Positions 1 through 11,700 of a stretch of DNA of 64,000 nt are shown in pieces (the stretch's first letter is position 1; each line of letters starts with the position of its first letter). The stretch comes from Octopus vulgaris (Eukaryota): positions 30,566,001-30,630,000 of the forward strand of contig OX597821.1 in the NCBI GenBank assembly GCA_951406725.2, written 5' to 3'. The notes beneath the pieces are model-generated. The model had not been told where the DNA came from. It worked only from the letters and a program-made list of their open reading frames with translations, and did no database searches. Made by a program: the position numbers and the translations under genes.

Positions 1-109
1 CCTAATTATATAACATAATATTTTAAATATACCTTGAATGGTCCTTTTACATACTGAACACTACTTGGTGAAATTAATTAATAATTAATTAATTTTACTC
101 TTTTATTAT

Positions 110-110
<1 letters not shown>
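1..110 (+). mobile_element. 3' tail of the same hammerhead-bearing PLE-derived family as 46632-47733 (cut by window start)
   Basis: cctaattatataa..tggtccttttacatactgaacac..ttggtgaaatt..aattttac matches 47071-47160 and 47632-47720 and ends at a (TA)n run. Confidence 0.7.
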
Positions 111-180
<70 letters not shown>

Positions 181-321
181 AACACAATTTTGCTTGACAT
201 CTGTTTACATGCATATGCACACAAGCACACATCTGTACATAAATCATAAATTCAGAAACAAAAACATTTACACAAACACAGACACGCACAGACACGCGCA
301 CGCACACACACACACGCACAT

Positions 322-383
<62 letters not shown>

Positions 384-971
384 GGAAACACATACACACA
401 CGCACACACTCAGGCACACACACATATGTATAGAAATTTATAGTTACATGGCGAAGAAAATTATAGAAACGTGTAGAGAAAAACAGAATCTATGTACTCG
501 ACAGCAGTTTCAGGAAGTTAGACTTACGTGATAATCATATTTTCCATAATTTGCAGATGGAATATGCAAAATAAAATCACGGGCATGCAAAGGGAAATAT
601 AATCGCATGGAGATACTTCAATAAATCTGGTCCTCCTCATTGAGAGATTTGTCAATGTGGTTCATATAGTATTGAGGAAGATTTAAACAGTTGAAGAAAG
701 ACAGGAGGTGGAAGATGAACGAAAGGCTGAAAAAAGAAGGAAGATTTCTACGGCATTCATATGAAGAAACGGGAGAATGGAAAAAATGGAGTGAGAAAGG
801 GAAAAAGTAAATTTAAAGTCAGTGTGGTTAATGTAAATGTCACTGGTGCTCAAGGTAATCTATCTAGGCAAATAATAGAATCATGGGATTAGCAGATCAC
901 TAAGCCAAAACCGATATACATACATACGAAGATACATTCGCACAAATGCATACACGGAAGGATCATTAATA

Positions 972-1399
972 GGTGTAGGAGTGGCTGTGTGAAAAGTACA
1001 TGGTTCCGAGTTCAGTCCGACTGCGTGGCACCTTGGGCACCTTGGGCAAGTGTCTTCTACTATAGCCACGGGCCGACCAAAGCCTTGTGAGTTGATTTGG
1101 TAGACGGAAACTGAAAGAAGCCCGTTGTATATATGTATATTTATATATATATATATGTGTGTGTGTATGTGTGTGTGTGTGTGTTTGTGTGTCTGTGTTT
1201 GTCCCCCTAACATCGCTTGACAACCGATACTGGTGTGTTTACGTCCCCGTAACTTAGCGGTTCGGCAAAAGACACCGATAGAATAAGTACTAGGCTTCCA
1301 AAGAATAGTCCTGGGGTCGATTTGCTCGACTAAAGGCGGTGCTCCAGCATGGCCACAGTCAAATGACTGGAACAAGTAAAAGAGTAAAGAGTAAAAGAG
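972..1399 (+). mobile_element. tRNA-derived SINE family A (internal (TA)(TG) microsatellite, gtaaaagag tail)
   Basis: Head ggtgtaggagtggctgtgtg..gagttcagtc (A/B-box-like); body and tail ggcggtgctccagcatggcc..gaaacaagtaaaagag recur about 10 times in the window. Confidence 0.9.
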
Positions 1400-2436
1400 T
1401 ATACACAGTATACACACACGCACACACACACACACACACACAAACATACTCGCATATATATGCGCACGTATACAATTATGAATGTGTAGGTGGGTGGGTG
1501 TTTGTGCAACTCTAAATGTGTGTTATATCAAGATAAATTTTAGCATTTCTACACTATACGTTCCTGAAGCAGGAGTACGCACGCTGCAGTCCATTGAATT
1601 AAACGCAAAGAGACGACGCAACATCAGTTTAAATGATGCTAAATAGAAATGGAAAATATCTTTACCTCGGTTTCTTGAAAAGATTTAGCGACAATAGGAA
1701 AATAAAGAAGTAATGATATGAATTAATATTCAAATAAATAAATAAACAATCCAATAGCAAGATATCTTGAAATCAAAGGAGATATGTTGATTAGAATGAT
1801 TGATATCCAATTTTGAGTGTCAACGTCCAGTTTTGAAATGGCTGATAATGAGATTGTATGTTATGAGAATTTATTTCAAACAACCATTGATTCTTAGATA
1901 AAAGATGAAAAAAAGTGAGGGAAAAAAATTGACATGAAAAAATATTTGAAAAATATGATTAATTGTTGCTACAAAATCTAACATGAGTTTTGAGTAATTG
2001 CAACTTGAATCAAAGAGCAAAAGATATTTTTGTCTGATAAAGTTTCTCGTATGATTATTTTTTTTAAGAAGCCGATATTCGAACATAGTGATAGCTATTA
2101 ACTACTATAAAACAAGCAAAAGGAAACGAATATTTTATGAACATAACAAAAAGTAAGGGAAAAATCCAGTGCAAACAATATAAGCAAGTCACATCGGTAT
2201 TTGATAAGGTTTTGTACAAGGAAACGTGCACTTTTGAATTGTTTCTGCTTTTTCTTGCTTCTCCCATGTGGTTCAATAATATAGTAGAGCAAAAACAGAT
2301 AGGAATCGACTCTGAGATTTTAAAAAGTCTTCAAAGAATTTTCATTAGTACCAGCAATAATAAAACAACAGTAAAATTAATAATCCTTTCAACTTTAGGC
2401 ACAAAGCCTGACATTGTCGGAAAGTGGGTAAATTGA

Positions 2437-2564
2437 TTAAATCAACACCAGTGCTCAAATCCAAAAGAATGAAAAGCAAAGTTGACCTCGGCGGAATTTG
2501 AAAATACAACGGAAGGACAATGAGCTTTTTCCCAGCGTGCTGACGATTCTGCCAGCTCACCGCC
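2437..2564 (-). mobile_element. tRNA-derived SINE family B, partial
   Basis: Reverse complement reads ggcggtgagctggcagaatcgtcagcacg..tcaaattccgccgaggtcaactttgcttttcattc, as at 10206. Confidence 0.8.
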
Positions 2565-2589
2565 TTGCTGATGATGATGAAGAGGATGA

Positions 2590-2618
2590 CGATAATAATA
2601 ATAATAATGATGATAATG

Positions 2619-2686
<68 letters not shown>

Positions 2687-2775
2687 TAGAAGAAGAAGAA
2701 GAAGAAGAAGAAGAAGAAGAAGAAGAAGAAGAAGAAGAAGAAGAAGAAGAAGAAGAAGAAGAAGAAGAAGAAGAA
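2590..2775. repeat. compound (AAT)n(AAG)n microsatellite
   Basis: Direct reading. Confidence 0.98.
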
Positions 2776-3394
2776 TTGGAGGTAACCAGTTTGTAAAAGT
2801 GTTAAGCTGGAAACTGTGCCAGAAATGAGGACTTGAAGGTGAAAATACGTGGTATAATCACAGAGTCGAAAGAGTCCTGGAGTCGGAGAAATGTAAGATT
2901 TTGTGGGACATTCCTATTCAAACGGACAAGAAGTTAGAAAACAATAAACCGGACATAACAGTTACAGATGAGTAAAAGCGAAATTGCTTACTTACCGACC
3001 CATCATGCCCGTTTGATTCTAGGACCATAAAGAAAGTGGAAGAAAAACAAATTTTAAAAAATTACAATCCCTAATATTTGAAATTTGAAATTTTGGAGCA
3101 TGAGAACAGTAAAAGTAGTGCCTATAATAGTTGGTGCACTCGGAACAACAAGCAAACATGTAGACAAGTGGCTGAAGGTGAAATATTAACAAGTGGTTGA
3201 AAATGGAATAGAATGCTCTGTAGAGCTCCCACAAAATGTCTGTCTCTTAGGGACTCGAAGAATTAGCAGAGGGTTCTAATTACTTGAAAGACAGCTGAAA
3301 ACCTGTGGATGCCAAAGGTCACAAGTTGTAATCCGTTACCCACATAAATCCTATCAGGAATAAGACCGAACGTGATCCAAACCTAAATAATAAT
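2776..3394 (+). mobile_element. 3' fragment of an R4/Dong-type non-LTR retrotransposon (restriction-like endonuclease domain), decayed
   Basis: Translation WKLCQK*GLEGENTWYNHRVERVLESEKCKILWDIPIQTDKKLENNKPDITVTD..LLTDPSCPFDSR..VVPIIVGALG contains the PD..D REL motif; ends in taaataataa. Confidence 0.8.
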
Positions 3395-3659
3395 TCCTTG
3401 AAATTTTGGTTCAAGACCATCAATTTTGCGGGAAGGGTAAGTCGATTTCCACCGTTCCAGTGTTCAACTGGTACCTATTTGATTGAACAAAAAAGACCTG
3501 CAGAAATATTTAGGACAGCAGGAACACAAAGACAGCGGAGATTTATTAAAAGCTGTGTGAGTAATAAAACAATAGCAAACAATTAGGAAATTCTCAAATA
3601 TATTCTCCAGTTGGGAGGAAGCACTATCCAGGGGTGAGCAAATAATTCAACACAACTCA

Positions 3660-4600
3660 AACGCAAACGGTAACATAAAATTGCTCCTCTGTCCGCATTA
3701 CTATCTCAACATCACTAGGACATTTTTCCATTGTGCTGCCTGTTGAGGTAGACCCCTGCCAAGATGCCCGAGAATATATCTAACATATGAAAATAAAAAT
3801 TATAGTGCAGGCCATCTGGCCACGGCGAATTCTCCTTTGTGGACCTCGTTATTGCTTTCCGAATTCCATGCGGCGTAATCGGTTTATTGCAGAAATCTAC
3901 CACTCTAGTTGAGAGTCATGGCAGAGTCTTAATGCAGGCGCTGTGGTCCATCTCTGTCTCTGGTACACCGCCCATCCAAGTAACTGAAACAAATACTTCC
4001 TAAACGCAGCACATATCTGCTTCGAATGGAGTAACATACGACCCAGGACTGCAATGCGCCGTCACAATCCCGACTTATCGAATAGCGTTATTTTACTGAT
4101 ATCGTAGACCATGCGCACTAGCACAAATACGGCCAGGTTCGTGCTTGACATTGAATACAAGGCGAATGATCTATCCCACTGCAGCATGTCAATCGCATGC
4201 CTCTTTTAAGAACCTCTCCTAGATTATTATATAGTACTTCCTCGAATCCAGATATATTTCTATATCATAATTTCAAAACTAAGCCTCAATCGATTGTTAT
4301 ATGATAGCCCATTTCAGGAATAACTATCATTGGTTGTTGACGTATGGCCTTATCAAATCTCACTGAACTACTTCTCTAGTAAGAACTCTGTATACTTGAG
4401 GTGTCGAAATAGATGTATTTAATTTTTATTGAACGGATCCTGTGTACGAAGTACAGTTTTATAAATTTGCTTTCAGTATCATTCGCAGCTTAGAATTGTT
4501 AACACCGTATGTTTCCCCTAACTACTGGTCTAAAGAATATGTTCATATGATATGGATGAGCTGTTAGTTCTTAACTATAGCCGCGTCACCATATTCAAAG
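3660..4600 (-). mobile_element. decayed L1/Tx1-type LINE ORF2 fragment
   Basis: ORF 3715-3903 ITPHGIRKAI..KENSPWPDGLHYNFY resembles the KSPGPDGLPxEFY pre-RT motif; the extent of the flanks is uncertain. Confidence 0.55.
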
Positions 4601-4784
4601 GATCCAGCTGGTACTTATCAGTTAGTTTCACTTACTGAGAAAGTTGGGTACTGTTTTTCACCCCTTCTTTTCGTTAGCTCACGCAATCCAAATCTATGAT
4701 TTCCCAAATTACATTGCCAACTCCGCGTCCCATTCCACATCAGCTCAGTGATCCTTACAGTCAACATATATATATATATATGTG

Positions 4785-4815
<31 letters not shown>

Positions 4816-4819
<4 letters not shown>

Positions 4820-5973
4820 ACGGAATCACTCGTCGTCGCCCGTCCCGAACGGCTCACACAAGTTCCGCCACGGAACCCAAAGAGGCGGAGAGAGGAGATA
4901 CAGATAGATACTGCCACAACCTCAACAGCACAGAGATACAGAGGCACAACCCGAGATACAACCCAAAGAGGCAAGGCAACAACTGGCAACACTGGCTTAT
5001 ATTCAAACAACAGTTTATACGACAATTACAATTGTCACAACATCAAGATACATCAAAGCATGCACGTGACTACTCAGTACATAATACAACAGCATCCCAA
5101 GTGTACAACTCAAAGCATAATACAACATCATGTAACAATTCAAGAGTACACGTCCCAAGACAACAGTTCTTTAAAGTCTCTTCCTAAGCATCACAATCAA
5201 CAAGTCATTTACTCTTCTTCTTCACAATGTCCTTTATCGACCACATCGACAGAGTCCTTGACTGTTCTTTTCATTGCTCCCTACATCGTGACACATATCA
5301 ATGCACAAACACATACCTCAATTCCTAATTGAATCTGCCAGTGTCCCATTCCTCTCAATACTGCTAATTCCTCTGAATACTGCTAATTCCCTTCTGTACC
5401 GCCAAGCTTTCTCGCATCCAACTTGCTCCTAAGAATTCCAACGCTTGCTCCTTAAATCCAAGGTCCGTCTGTCTTCTTCGAGGACCGGCCAGCGACTCCA
5501 AGATCCGTCTGTGTTCTTCGACGACCGCTCAACGACTGCCCTTCTTGACGACCAACTGCGAACTGCCCTGGTCCTTATACCCTATCTATATCGCCTGCTG
5601 TCTCTTAGCCTTTCTATTTGCTATCTGATTCCTTACTCTATCTATATCGCCTGCTGTCTCTTAGCCTCTCCATCCGTCCCCTACTGCTTATACCCTATCT
5701 CTATTTGCTCTCAGCCCTTAATCTGTCCCTTTTCTCTTACTGTCAATACCCTCTCCATCTGCTCTTAGATTCCCTTAATCTGTCTTCCTCTTTCACTGCT
5801 CACTGACCCTCTTATCAGCCGCACGAGGTCACAGGTCATTCCAAAACCCATCAGTCCTCCATGAACAAAGAACCCGTCACTTTTCACCAGACATACTGGA
5901 ACCATATCCACGATGTGGGTCACCAGAAATACTACACTAATTAAACCCGAAATGCACTTAGCCAACCGTAACA
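4816..5973 (-). repeat. 3' LTR
   Basis: TG..CA ends with 8-bp inverted termini; about 11 substitutions relative to 7930-9087 by eye. Confidence 0.95.
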
Positions 5974-5984
5974 CTACCCCCTAC
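5974..5984 (-). other. polypurine tract
   Basis: ctaccccctac reads GTAGGGGGTAG on the minus strand and abuts the LTR. Confidence 0.8.
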
Positions 5985-6154
5985 CTAAGCTTTTGTCGAC
6001 CCGACAAAGCATAAGAAACCCGCAGCTCCGAGGGCGAGCTCCAGCAGACACTCCAGGGGCTGGGGGTCCCCTTGGGTGGTTTCTCCTCCGAGGGTCTCAC
6101 CTCCCACGGCCACCACTTCAGCACCAGCCACAGGTTGGCACCTTCCCTCTGCGG

Positions 6155-6290
6155 CTAGGGTAACACCTCCGCCAACGCCGACAGGCTTCCTACTAGCCGC
6201 CCACAATAGGCGCACCGTCCGAGGAAGTTCCTCAAATCCCTCACACAGGAAGGGTCCGGCCAATCCTTCACAGTGGCCACCTTCCTCAGG
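6155..6290 (-). pseudogene. pol remnant (RT-RNaseH connection region)
   Basis: KVATVKDWPDPSCVRDLRNFLGRCAYCGRLVGSLSALAEVL matches the Gypsy pattern K.AV..WP.P..V.ELRSFLG...YY..F...S..A.PL. Confidence 0.75.
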
Positions 6291-6293
6291 GCT

Positions 6294-7871
6294 CTATAGC
6301 CCACGTAGCATCTCGCTGTGCCATCCCCATTCCGCGCAATTATCGCTGACGACCAGGGACCATTCTGTCCTTTCACTGCTCCCCGTCGCCGATATCTCCT
6401 CTTGCGCTGCTGTACTGGGGCCTTCCTCCGGCCTCGCTGCTTCCTCAAGCGACGACAGGTCCGTGCGACCAGCATCCAACAACCCTCGCGACCAACGTCC
6501 TGCGCTCCTCAACTGCATCAGCGGACCACGATCTCCCTTAACTTCATCACTGCACCGGCAGAACTGACCCCGCCGCTGGCTCACCGTCCGGCGCAGTTCC
6601 CCGATTTGCCCTCTGCAAATCGCCTGCGCAGCCTTCAATAAATCGGCCGACTCATCCAGCGCTCTGTCAACTTCTGCCTCCACCAGGGTCCAGCCGACCC
6701 TCAATTGAGCTCTTACTCCGCACTGCATGTCGGGCTCCACCGGCCCCACGCAACCATCAAATACAGAGCTCCCCCAAGTGCCAACAAAGCACCAGCGACT
6801 CCTTGCGGACCGCTTCCTCAACTGCATCCGTGGGCCACCACCTCCTTCAACTGCGTTGCCGTATCGGTAGAGCTGGCCCCACCACTGGTTCGCCATCTGG
6901 CACGATTCCTCGATTTGCCTTCTGCAAATCGCCTGTGCCACTTCCAAAAGATCGGCCGACCCAGCTAGCGCTCCACCAGCTTCTGCTTCCACTAGGGTCC
7001 ACCCGACCCTCAATCGAGCTTTCACTAGGCACTGCCTGTCGGGCTCCACCGGCCCCAAGCAACCATCAACCACAAAGCTCACCCAACGCTGAAGCAGTCT
7101 TCCTGGACTCGGTGGACCCACCACCGTTCGCAGCCGTCTCGCCTCGTCAACGGGCCTGGTCCTTTTCCTCACCAGCTTCCGTACCGCAGGCCTCACAACA
7201 CGCACGCTCGGCCGCCAGTCCATCCACGCCTGTGGCCTCTCCACAGTGGGAACCATACAGTCCCTCCGGGCCCCAAGAGACAGGGGTCCAGACACCAAAG
7301 GACCCGCACACGGCATAGCACCTGCCGCGACCATCACACACAGAGCCGGAACCTCGGACTCAGCGACATTCGCCCCAGACCTCGCCAGCTCTTCGTCCTG
7401 AGCTCCGAGAGACAGGGGTCGAGATGCCAAGGGCTCCAGACACGGAACAACAGCATCAGCCATAACACCTTCCACAGGCCTTTTGGTTACTTCAACCTCT
7501 ACGGGTTCCAAATCACAAGATTTCTTGGGTACAGCGTCACAAATTTCGGCAACCAGCCCAGGTTCCGCAAACACGGCCGGTCCAGCATCACAGATTTCGG
7601 CAACACTTCCCTCACTATCTGTTTCCCTCGATGCTTCGTTCGACGGGCAATCTCTGCCCACAGGACCGTCACTATCCCCGGTCCAACACCGATCCTTCAA
7701 AGCTGACCCATCCGCAACCTCAAACTCCTGCTGATCTGCCCACAGGCCATGTCGCCTCTTGTCCATCCTTTCCATGAACGCGTCCGTCTGCGCCATCTGG
7801 CCCCTCAACATCTCCACAATCAGGGCAAGCGAAATCTCCCCGTCTCCGGTCTGACAACCAGACAAATCCAT
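6294..7871 (-). CDS. ~525-aa ORF of the LTR element, probably gag/protease-derived, with an internal 103-aa tandem duplication
   Basis: Uninterrupted GC-rich ORF from ATG at 7871, just downstream of the PBS; repeated blocks DGC.GPVEPD.QC.V.A.LRVGWTLVEAE; product identity is inferred only. Confidence 0.6.
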   Translation of the reverse strand: MDLSGCQTGDGEISLALIVEMLRGQMAQTDAFMERMDKRRHGLWADQQEFEVADGSALKDRCWTGDSDGPVGRDCPSNEASRETDSEGSVAEICDAGPAVFAEPGLVAEICDAVPKKSCDLEPVEVEVTKRPVEGVMADAVVPCLEPLASRPLSLGAQDEELARSGANVAESEVPALCVMVAAGAMPCAGPLVSGPLSLGARRDCMVPTVERPQAWMDWRPSVRVVRPAVRKLVRKRTRPVDEARRLRTVVGPPSPGRLLQRWVSFVVDGCLGPVEPDRQCLVKARLRVGWTLVEAEAGGALAGSADLLEVAQAICRRQIEESCQMANQWWGQLYRYGNAVEGGGGPRMQLRKRSARSRWCFVGTWGSSVFDGCVGPVEPDMQCGVRAQLRVGWTLVEAEVDRALDESADLLKAAQAICRGQIGELRRTVSQRRGQFCRCSDEVKGDRGPLMQLRSAGRWSRGLLDAGRTDLSSLEEAARPEEGPSTAAQEEISATGSSERTEWSLVVSDNCAEWGWHSEMLRGL

Positions 7872-7909
7872 AGCGAAAAAGAACCGATCGAAACGCAGCA
7901 ATCAGGACA

Positions 7910-7927
7910 ATCCCACTTCTGACACCG
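7910..7927 (-). promoter_or_regulatory. primer binding site complementary to the tRNA-Leu(CAA) 3' end
   Basis: Minus strand reads (C)GGTGTCAGAAGTGGGAT(T), 2 nt after the LTR; tRNA-Leu(CAA) ends ..ATCCCACTTCTGACACCA. Confidence 0.85.
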
Positions 7928-7929
7928 GT

Positions 7930-9083
7930 TGTTACGGAATAACCCGTCGTCGCCCGTCCCGAACGGCTCACACAAGTTCCGCCACGGAACCCAAAGAGGC
8001 GGAGAGAGGAGATACAGATAGATACTGCCACAACCTCAACAACACAGAGATACAGAGGCACAACCCGAGATACAACCCAAAGAGGCAAGGCAACAACTGG
8101 CAACACTGGCTTATATTCAAACAACAGTTTATACGACAATTACAATTGTCACAACATCAAGATACATCAAAGCATGCACGTGACTACTCAATACATAATA
8201 CAACAGCATCCCAAGAGTACAACTCAAAGCATAATACAACATCATGTAACAATTCAAGAGTACACGTCCCAAGACAACAGTTCTTTAAAGTCTCTTCCTA
8301 AGCATCACAATCAACAAGTCCTTTACTCTTCTTCTTCACAATGTCCTTTATCGACCACATCGACAGAGTCCTTGACTGTTCTTTTCACTGCTCCCTACAC
8401 CGTGACGCATATCAATGCACAAACACATACCTCAATTCCTAATTGAATCTGCCAGTGTCCCATTCCTCTCAATACTGCTAATTCCTCTGAATACTGCTAA
8501 TTCCCTTCTGTGCCGCCAAGCTTTCTCGCATCCAACTTGCTCCTAAGAATTCCAACGCTTGCTCCTTAAATCCAAGGTCCGTCTGTCTTCTTCGAGGACC
8601 GGCCAGCGACTCCAAGATCCGTCTGTGTTCTTCGACGACCGCTCAACGACTGCCCTTCTTGACGACCAACTGCGAACTGCCCTGGTCCTTATACCCTATC
8701 TATATCGCCTGCTGTCTCTTAGCCTTTCTATTTGCTATCTGATTCCTTACTCTATCTATATCGCCTGCTGTCTCTTAGCCTCTCCATCCGTCCCCTACTG
8801 CTTATACCCTATCTCTATTTGCTCTCAGCCCTTAATCTGTCCCTTTTCTCTTACTGTCAATACCCTCTCCATTTGCTCTTAGATTCCCTTAATCTGTCTT
8901 CCTCTTTCACTGCTCACTGACCCTCTTATCAGCCGCACGAGGTCACAGGTCATTCCAAAACCCATCAGTCCTCCATGAACAAAGAACCCGTCACTTTTCA
9001 CCAGACATACTGGAACCATATCCACGATGTGGGTCACCAGAAATACTACACTAATTAAACCCGAAATGCACTTAGCCAACCGT

Positions 9084-9087
<4 letters not shown>
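7930..9087 (-). repeat. 5' LTR
   Basis: Direct repeat of 4816-5973. Confidence 0.95.
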
Positions 9088-9131
<44 letters not shown>

Positions 9132-9145
9132 ATATATATAAATAC

Positions 9146-9214
<69 letters not shown>

Positions 9215-9217
<3 letters not shown>

Positions 9218-9400
9218 AGAGTTTACGAAAGAAACAAAAGACGAAGACAGGTGGTGTACAAAACAAACAGATGTATTAGTACAACGCTCAGGAATAGAAA
9301 AAGTCTTTTACATTTCGAGCCTACGCTCTTCTACAGAAAAGTACGCAGAAAAAACAAGGAGAAAAACAAGGAGAGAAAAAAATGTGTGTAGTGACTTAAC
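9215..9400 (-). mobile_element. PLE-type terminus, family C, with a minimal hammerhead-like motif (9306-9340)
   Basis: Same sequence at 19140-19332, 19460-19565 and (diverged) 60300-60440; minus strand CTGTAGA-A-GAGCgtagGCTC-GAAA-T-GTA; abuts (TA)n. Confidence 0.6.
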
Positions 9401-10205
9401 GCGTTCCGTAGAGGGAGGAGTAGAATATTCATTAACATTTGAAAAATTGCAACTTTCACGTTTGAAGTGTATTTGAAACCTCATCTGATAATAAACAAGC
9501 GACGGATAAGCACAGGGAGTTCCAAGTATTGTAGAGACAAATAATTGCTTGATAATCGCTTTTATGGGTGTAGTTGTGATACAACAATATCATGTTAACT
9601 TTACTTTCCATGTCATTATTTAGCTTTGATTTCAAATTATGTTGATACTAAAAAAAATATGCAGTTTTCTTAAAACAAATATATTTTGCTAAAAAATCCA
9701 AAAAAAAAAGCAATTAATTAACAAAACATATAATAAAAAGTATTCCAATTGTTTTCTTGTTTCAATATCTTAACACTTAGATAATATCAACTCACTTAAA
9801 AAAGTATTCAAAGTTGTGATTTAAAAAAAATACGAAGCTAAAACATTTATGTTCTTTACTCAATGGAAGCTTTAACCGGTTTCGTGGCAAATTTATAAAA
9901 TGTAGTTTATTCCCTCCGCTAACGAATGTACTCATATATATGGATCAAAACATTGGTACAAGAGTTTCGAAACGACTTATTTCAAAGTTTTCAACTGTAA
10001 TCTCATTCAAATTCCCGATGGCTGGTGATTAGCATCACACTTGAAGATCTGAGTACCAACAAATTTGAAACTAGCTGTTCTGATCCAAACATGTAATTCT
10101 CAACACATGTGTTGAGTGCCCTTCTTTCGTTTGCCCAATCACACACACACACACATATATATATACACACACACATATACACGCATATATATATATATAT
10201 ATTAA

Positions 10206-10432
10206 AGCGGCGAGCTGGCAGAATCGTTAGCACGCCGGGCGAAATGCGTAACCGTATTTCGTCTGCCGTTACGCTCTGGGTTCAAATTCCGCCGAGGCCG
10301 ACTTTGCCTTTCATCCTTTCGGGGTCGATAAATTAAGTGCCAGTAACGCACTGGGATCAATGTAATCGACTTAATCGTTTGTCTGTCCTTGTTTGTCTTC
10401 TCTGTGTTTAGCCCTTTGCGGGTAGTAAAGAA

Positions 10433-10433
<1 letters not shown>
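10206..10433 (+). mobile_element. tRNA-derived SINE family B
   Basis: gcggcgagctggcagaatcgttagc..gggttcaaattcc (B box)..gcctttcatcctttcggggtcgataaattaagt central domain. Confidence 0.88.
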
Positions 10434-10464
<31 letters not shown>

Positions 10465-11270
10465 ATTATCCAAATCTTGTTTTCGGCATGTCCCTGGTAG
10501 TGTGTCTTCAGAGCACGGTCTTCACACTCGGCTAGCAGGCGTCATCCGCGGCACTGCACTTTAATCACAGGATCGATGTAGGGAGTTCTGCAGATATAAG
10601 CCGAAACATAGTCGTACTAAATAAAGTTTACAGTACACGCTGCCTTCCTTTTCAATAGTTTAAAAATATATAAAAATGTGTGTGTGCGTGTATGTGAGCA
10701 AGCTTGTATATATTTCGATGTATATACGTGTTTCTAAGTTTAATTGTATACCCACCTGTGTGTATACTTTGCTGGAGCAATGAAAAATAAGGGTATCCAC
10801 AGCATATATAGAACTGAGAGCATAAATTGCCGGAAAGAATGCAGTAATCATTATCGGAAATTATCTCGAAAGCCTTACTGCATAAATAATAATGTTTTAT
10901 CCTGTATGTAAGAAGCTACCAAGTTTGAGAATAGAGGGATTAGCTGACACAATCGACCCTCAATCGACTTATTTTAGCGACTGCAAAAAATATGAAAGGA
11001 TAAGTTGGCCTCTCTGATATTTGCAATCAGTGAGAAAAGAATAGGAAGAAAAATACCGCACGAAGATTCTTGCAGCTTATAACCTTAAGGAATTAATAAC
11101 AAAGCTAAATCTACTATGTACATATATTATAATATGTTATTTGCTATTGAAATATTTGGTTATTCGATCTTCAAGCCATATTTCCTACATAAACATCACT
11201 TACATCAAAGTTAATTTCATTTCAGAATTTACTGTGTATTCTCTTGCTTAAGGTGTTTTCGATACACATA

Positions 11271-11432
11271 GGTGTAGGAGTGGCTGTGTGATAAGTAGCT
11301 TGTTTACGAACCACATGGCTCCGGGTTCAGTCCCAGTGCGTGGCCCCTTGGGTAAGTGTCTTCTACTATAGCCTCGGGTCGACCAAAGCCTTGTGAGTGG
11401 ATTTGGTAGACGGAAACTGAAAGAAGCCCGTC

Positions 11433-11487
<55 letters not shown>

Positions 11488-11700
11488 CGTGTTTGTCTGT
11501 GTTTGTCCCCCCAACATCGCTTGACAACCGATGCTGGTGTGTTTACGTCCCCGTAACTTAGCGGTTCGGTAAAAAAGAGACCGATAAAATAAGTACTAGG
11601 CTTACAAAGAATAAGTCCTGATGGCGATTTTCTCGACTACAGGCGGTGCTCCAGCATGGCCACAGTCACATGACTGAAACAAGTAAAAGAGAGAAAAAAG
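11271..11700 (+). mobile_element. SINE family A, full length
   Basis: Aligns end to end with 972-1399. Confidence 0.9.

Larger units (their letters stand above)
4816..9087 (-). mobile_element. non-autonomous Gypsy/Ty3-type LTR retrotransposon, full length, young
   Basis: Two 1158-bp direct repeats bounded by TGTTACGG..CCGTAACA; PBS and PPT on the minus strand; ATAT on both sides (consistent with a 4-bp TSD inside (TA)n); 1956-bp interior with no intact RT or integrase. Confidence 0.95.

Noticed and set aside
972-1030. tRNA gene-like A/B boxes in SINE heads
   Set aside because: No complete cloverleaf; they are parts of multi-copy SINEs
4618-5806. ORFs inside the LTRs (also 8174-8920)
   Set aside because: Duplicated only because the LTR is duplicated; no recognisable motifs
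10585-10620. CTGCAGA..GAAACATAGTC hammerhead-like string (similar weak cases near 17980 and 29440)
   Set aside because: Core mutated and stem II not formed; may be decayed PLE termini but not supportable from single copies
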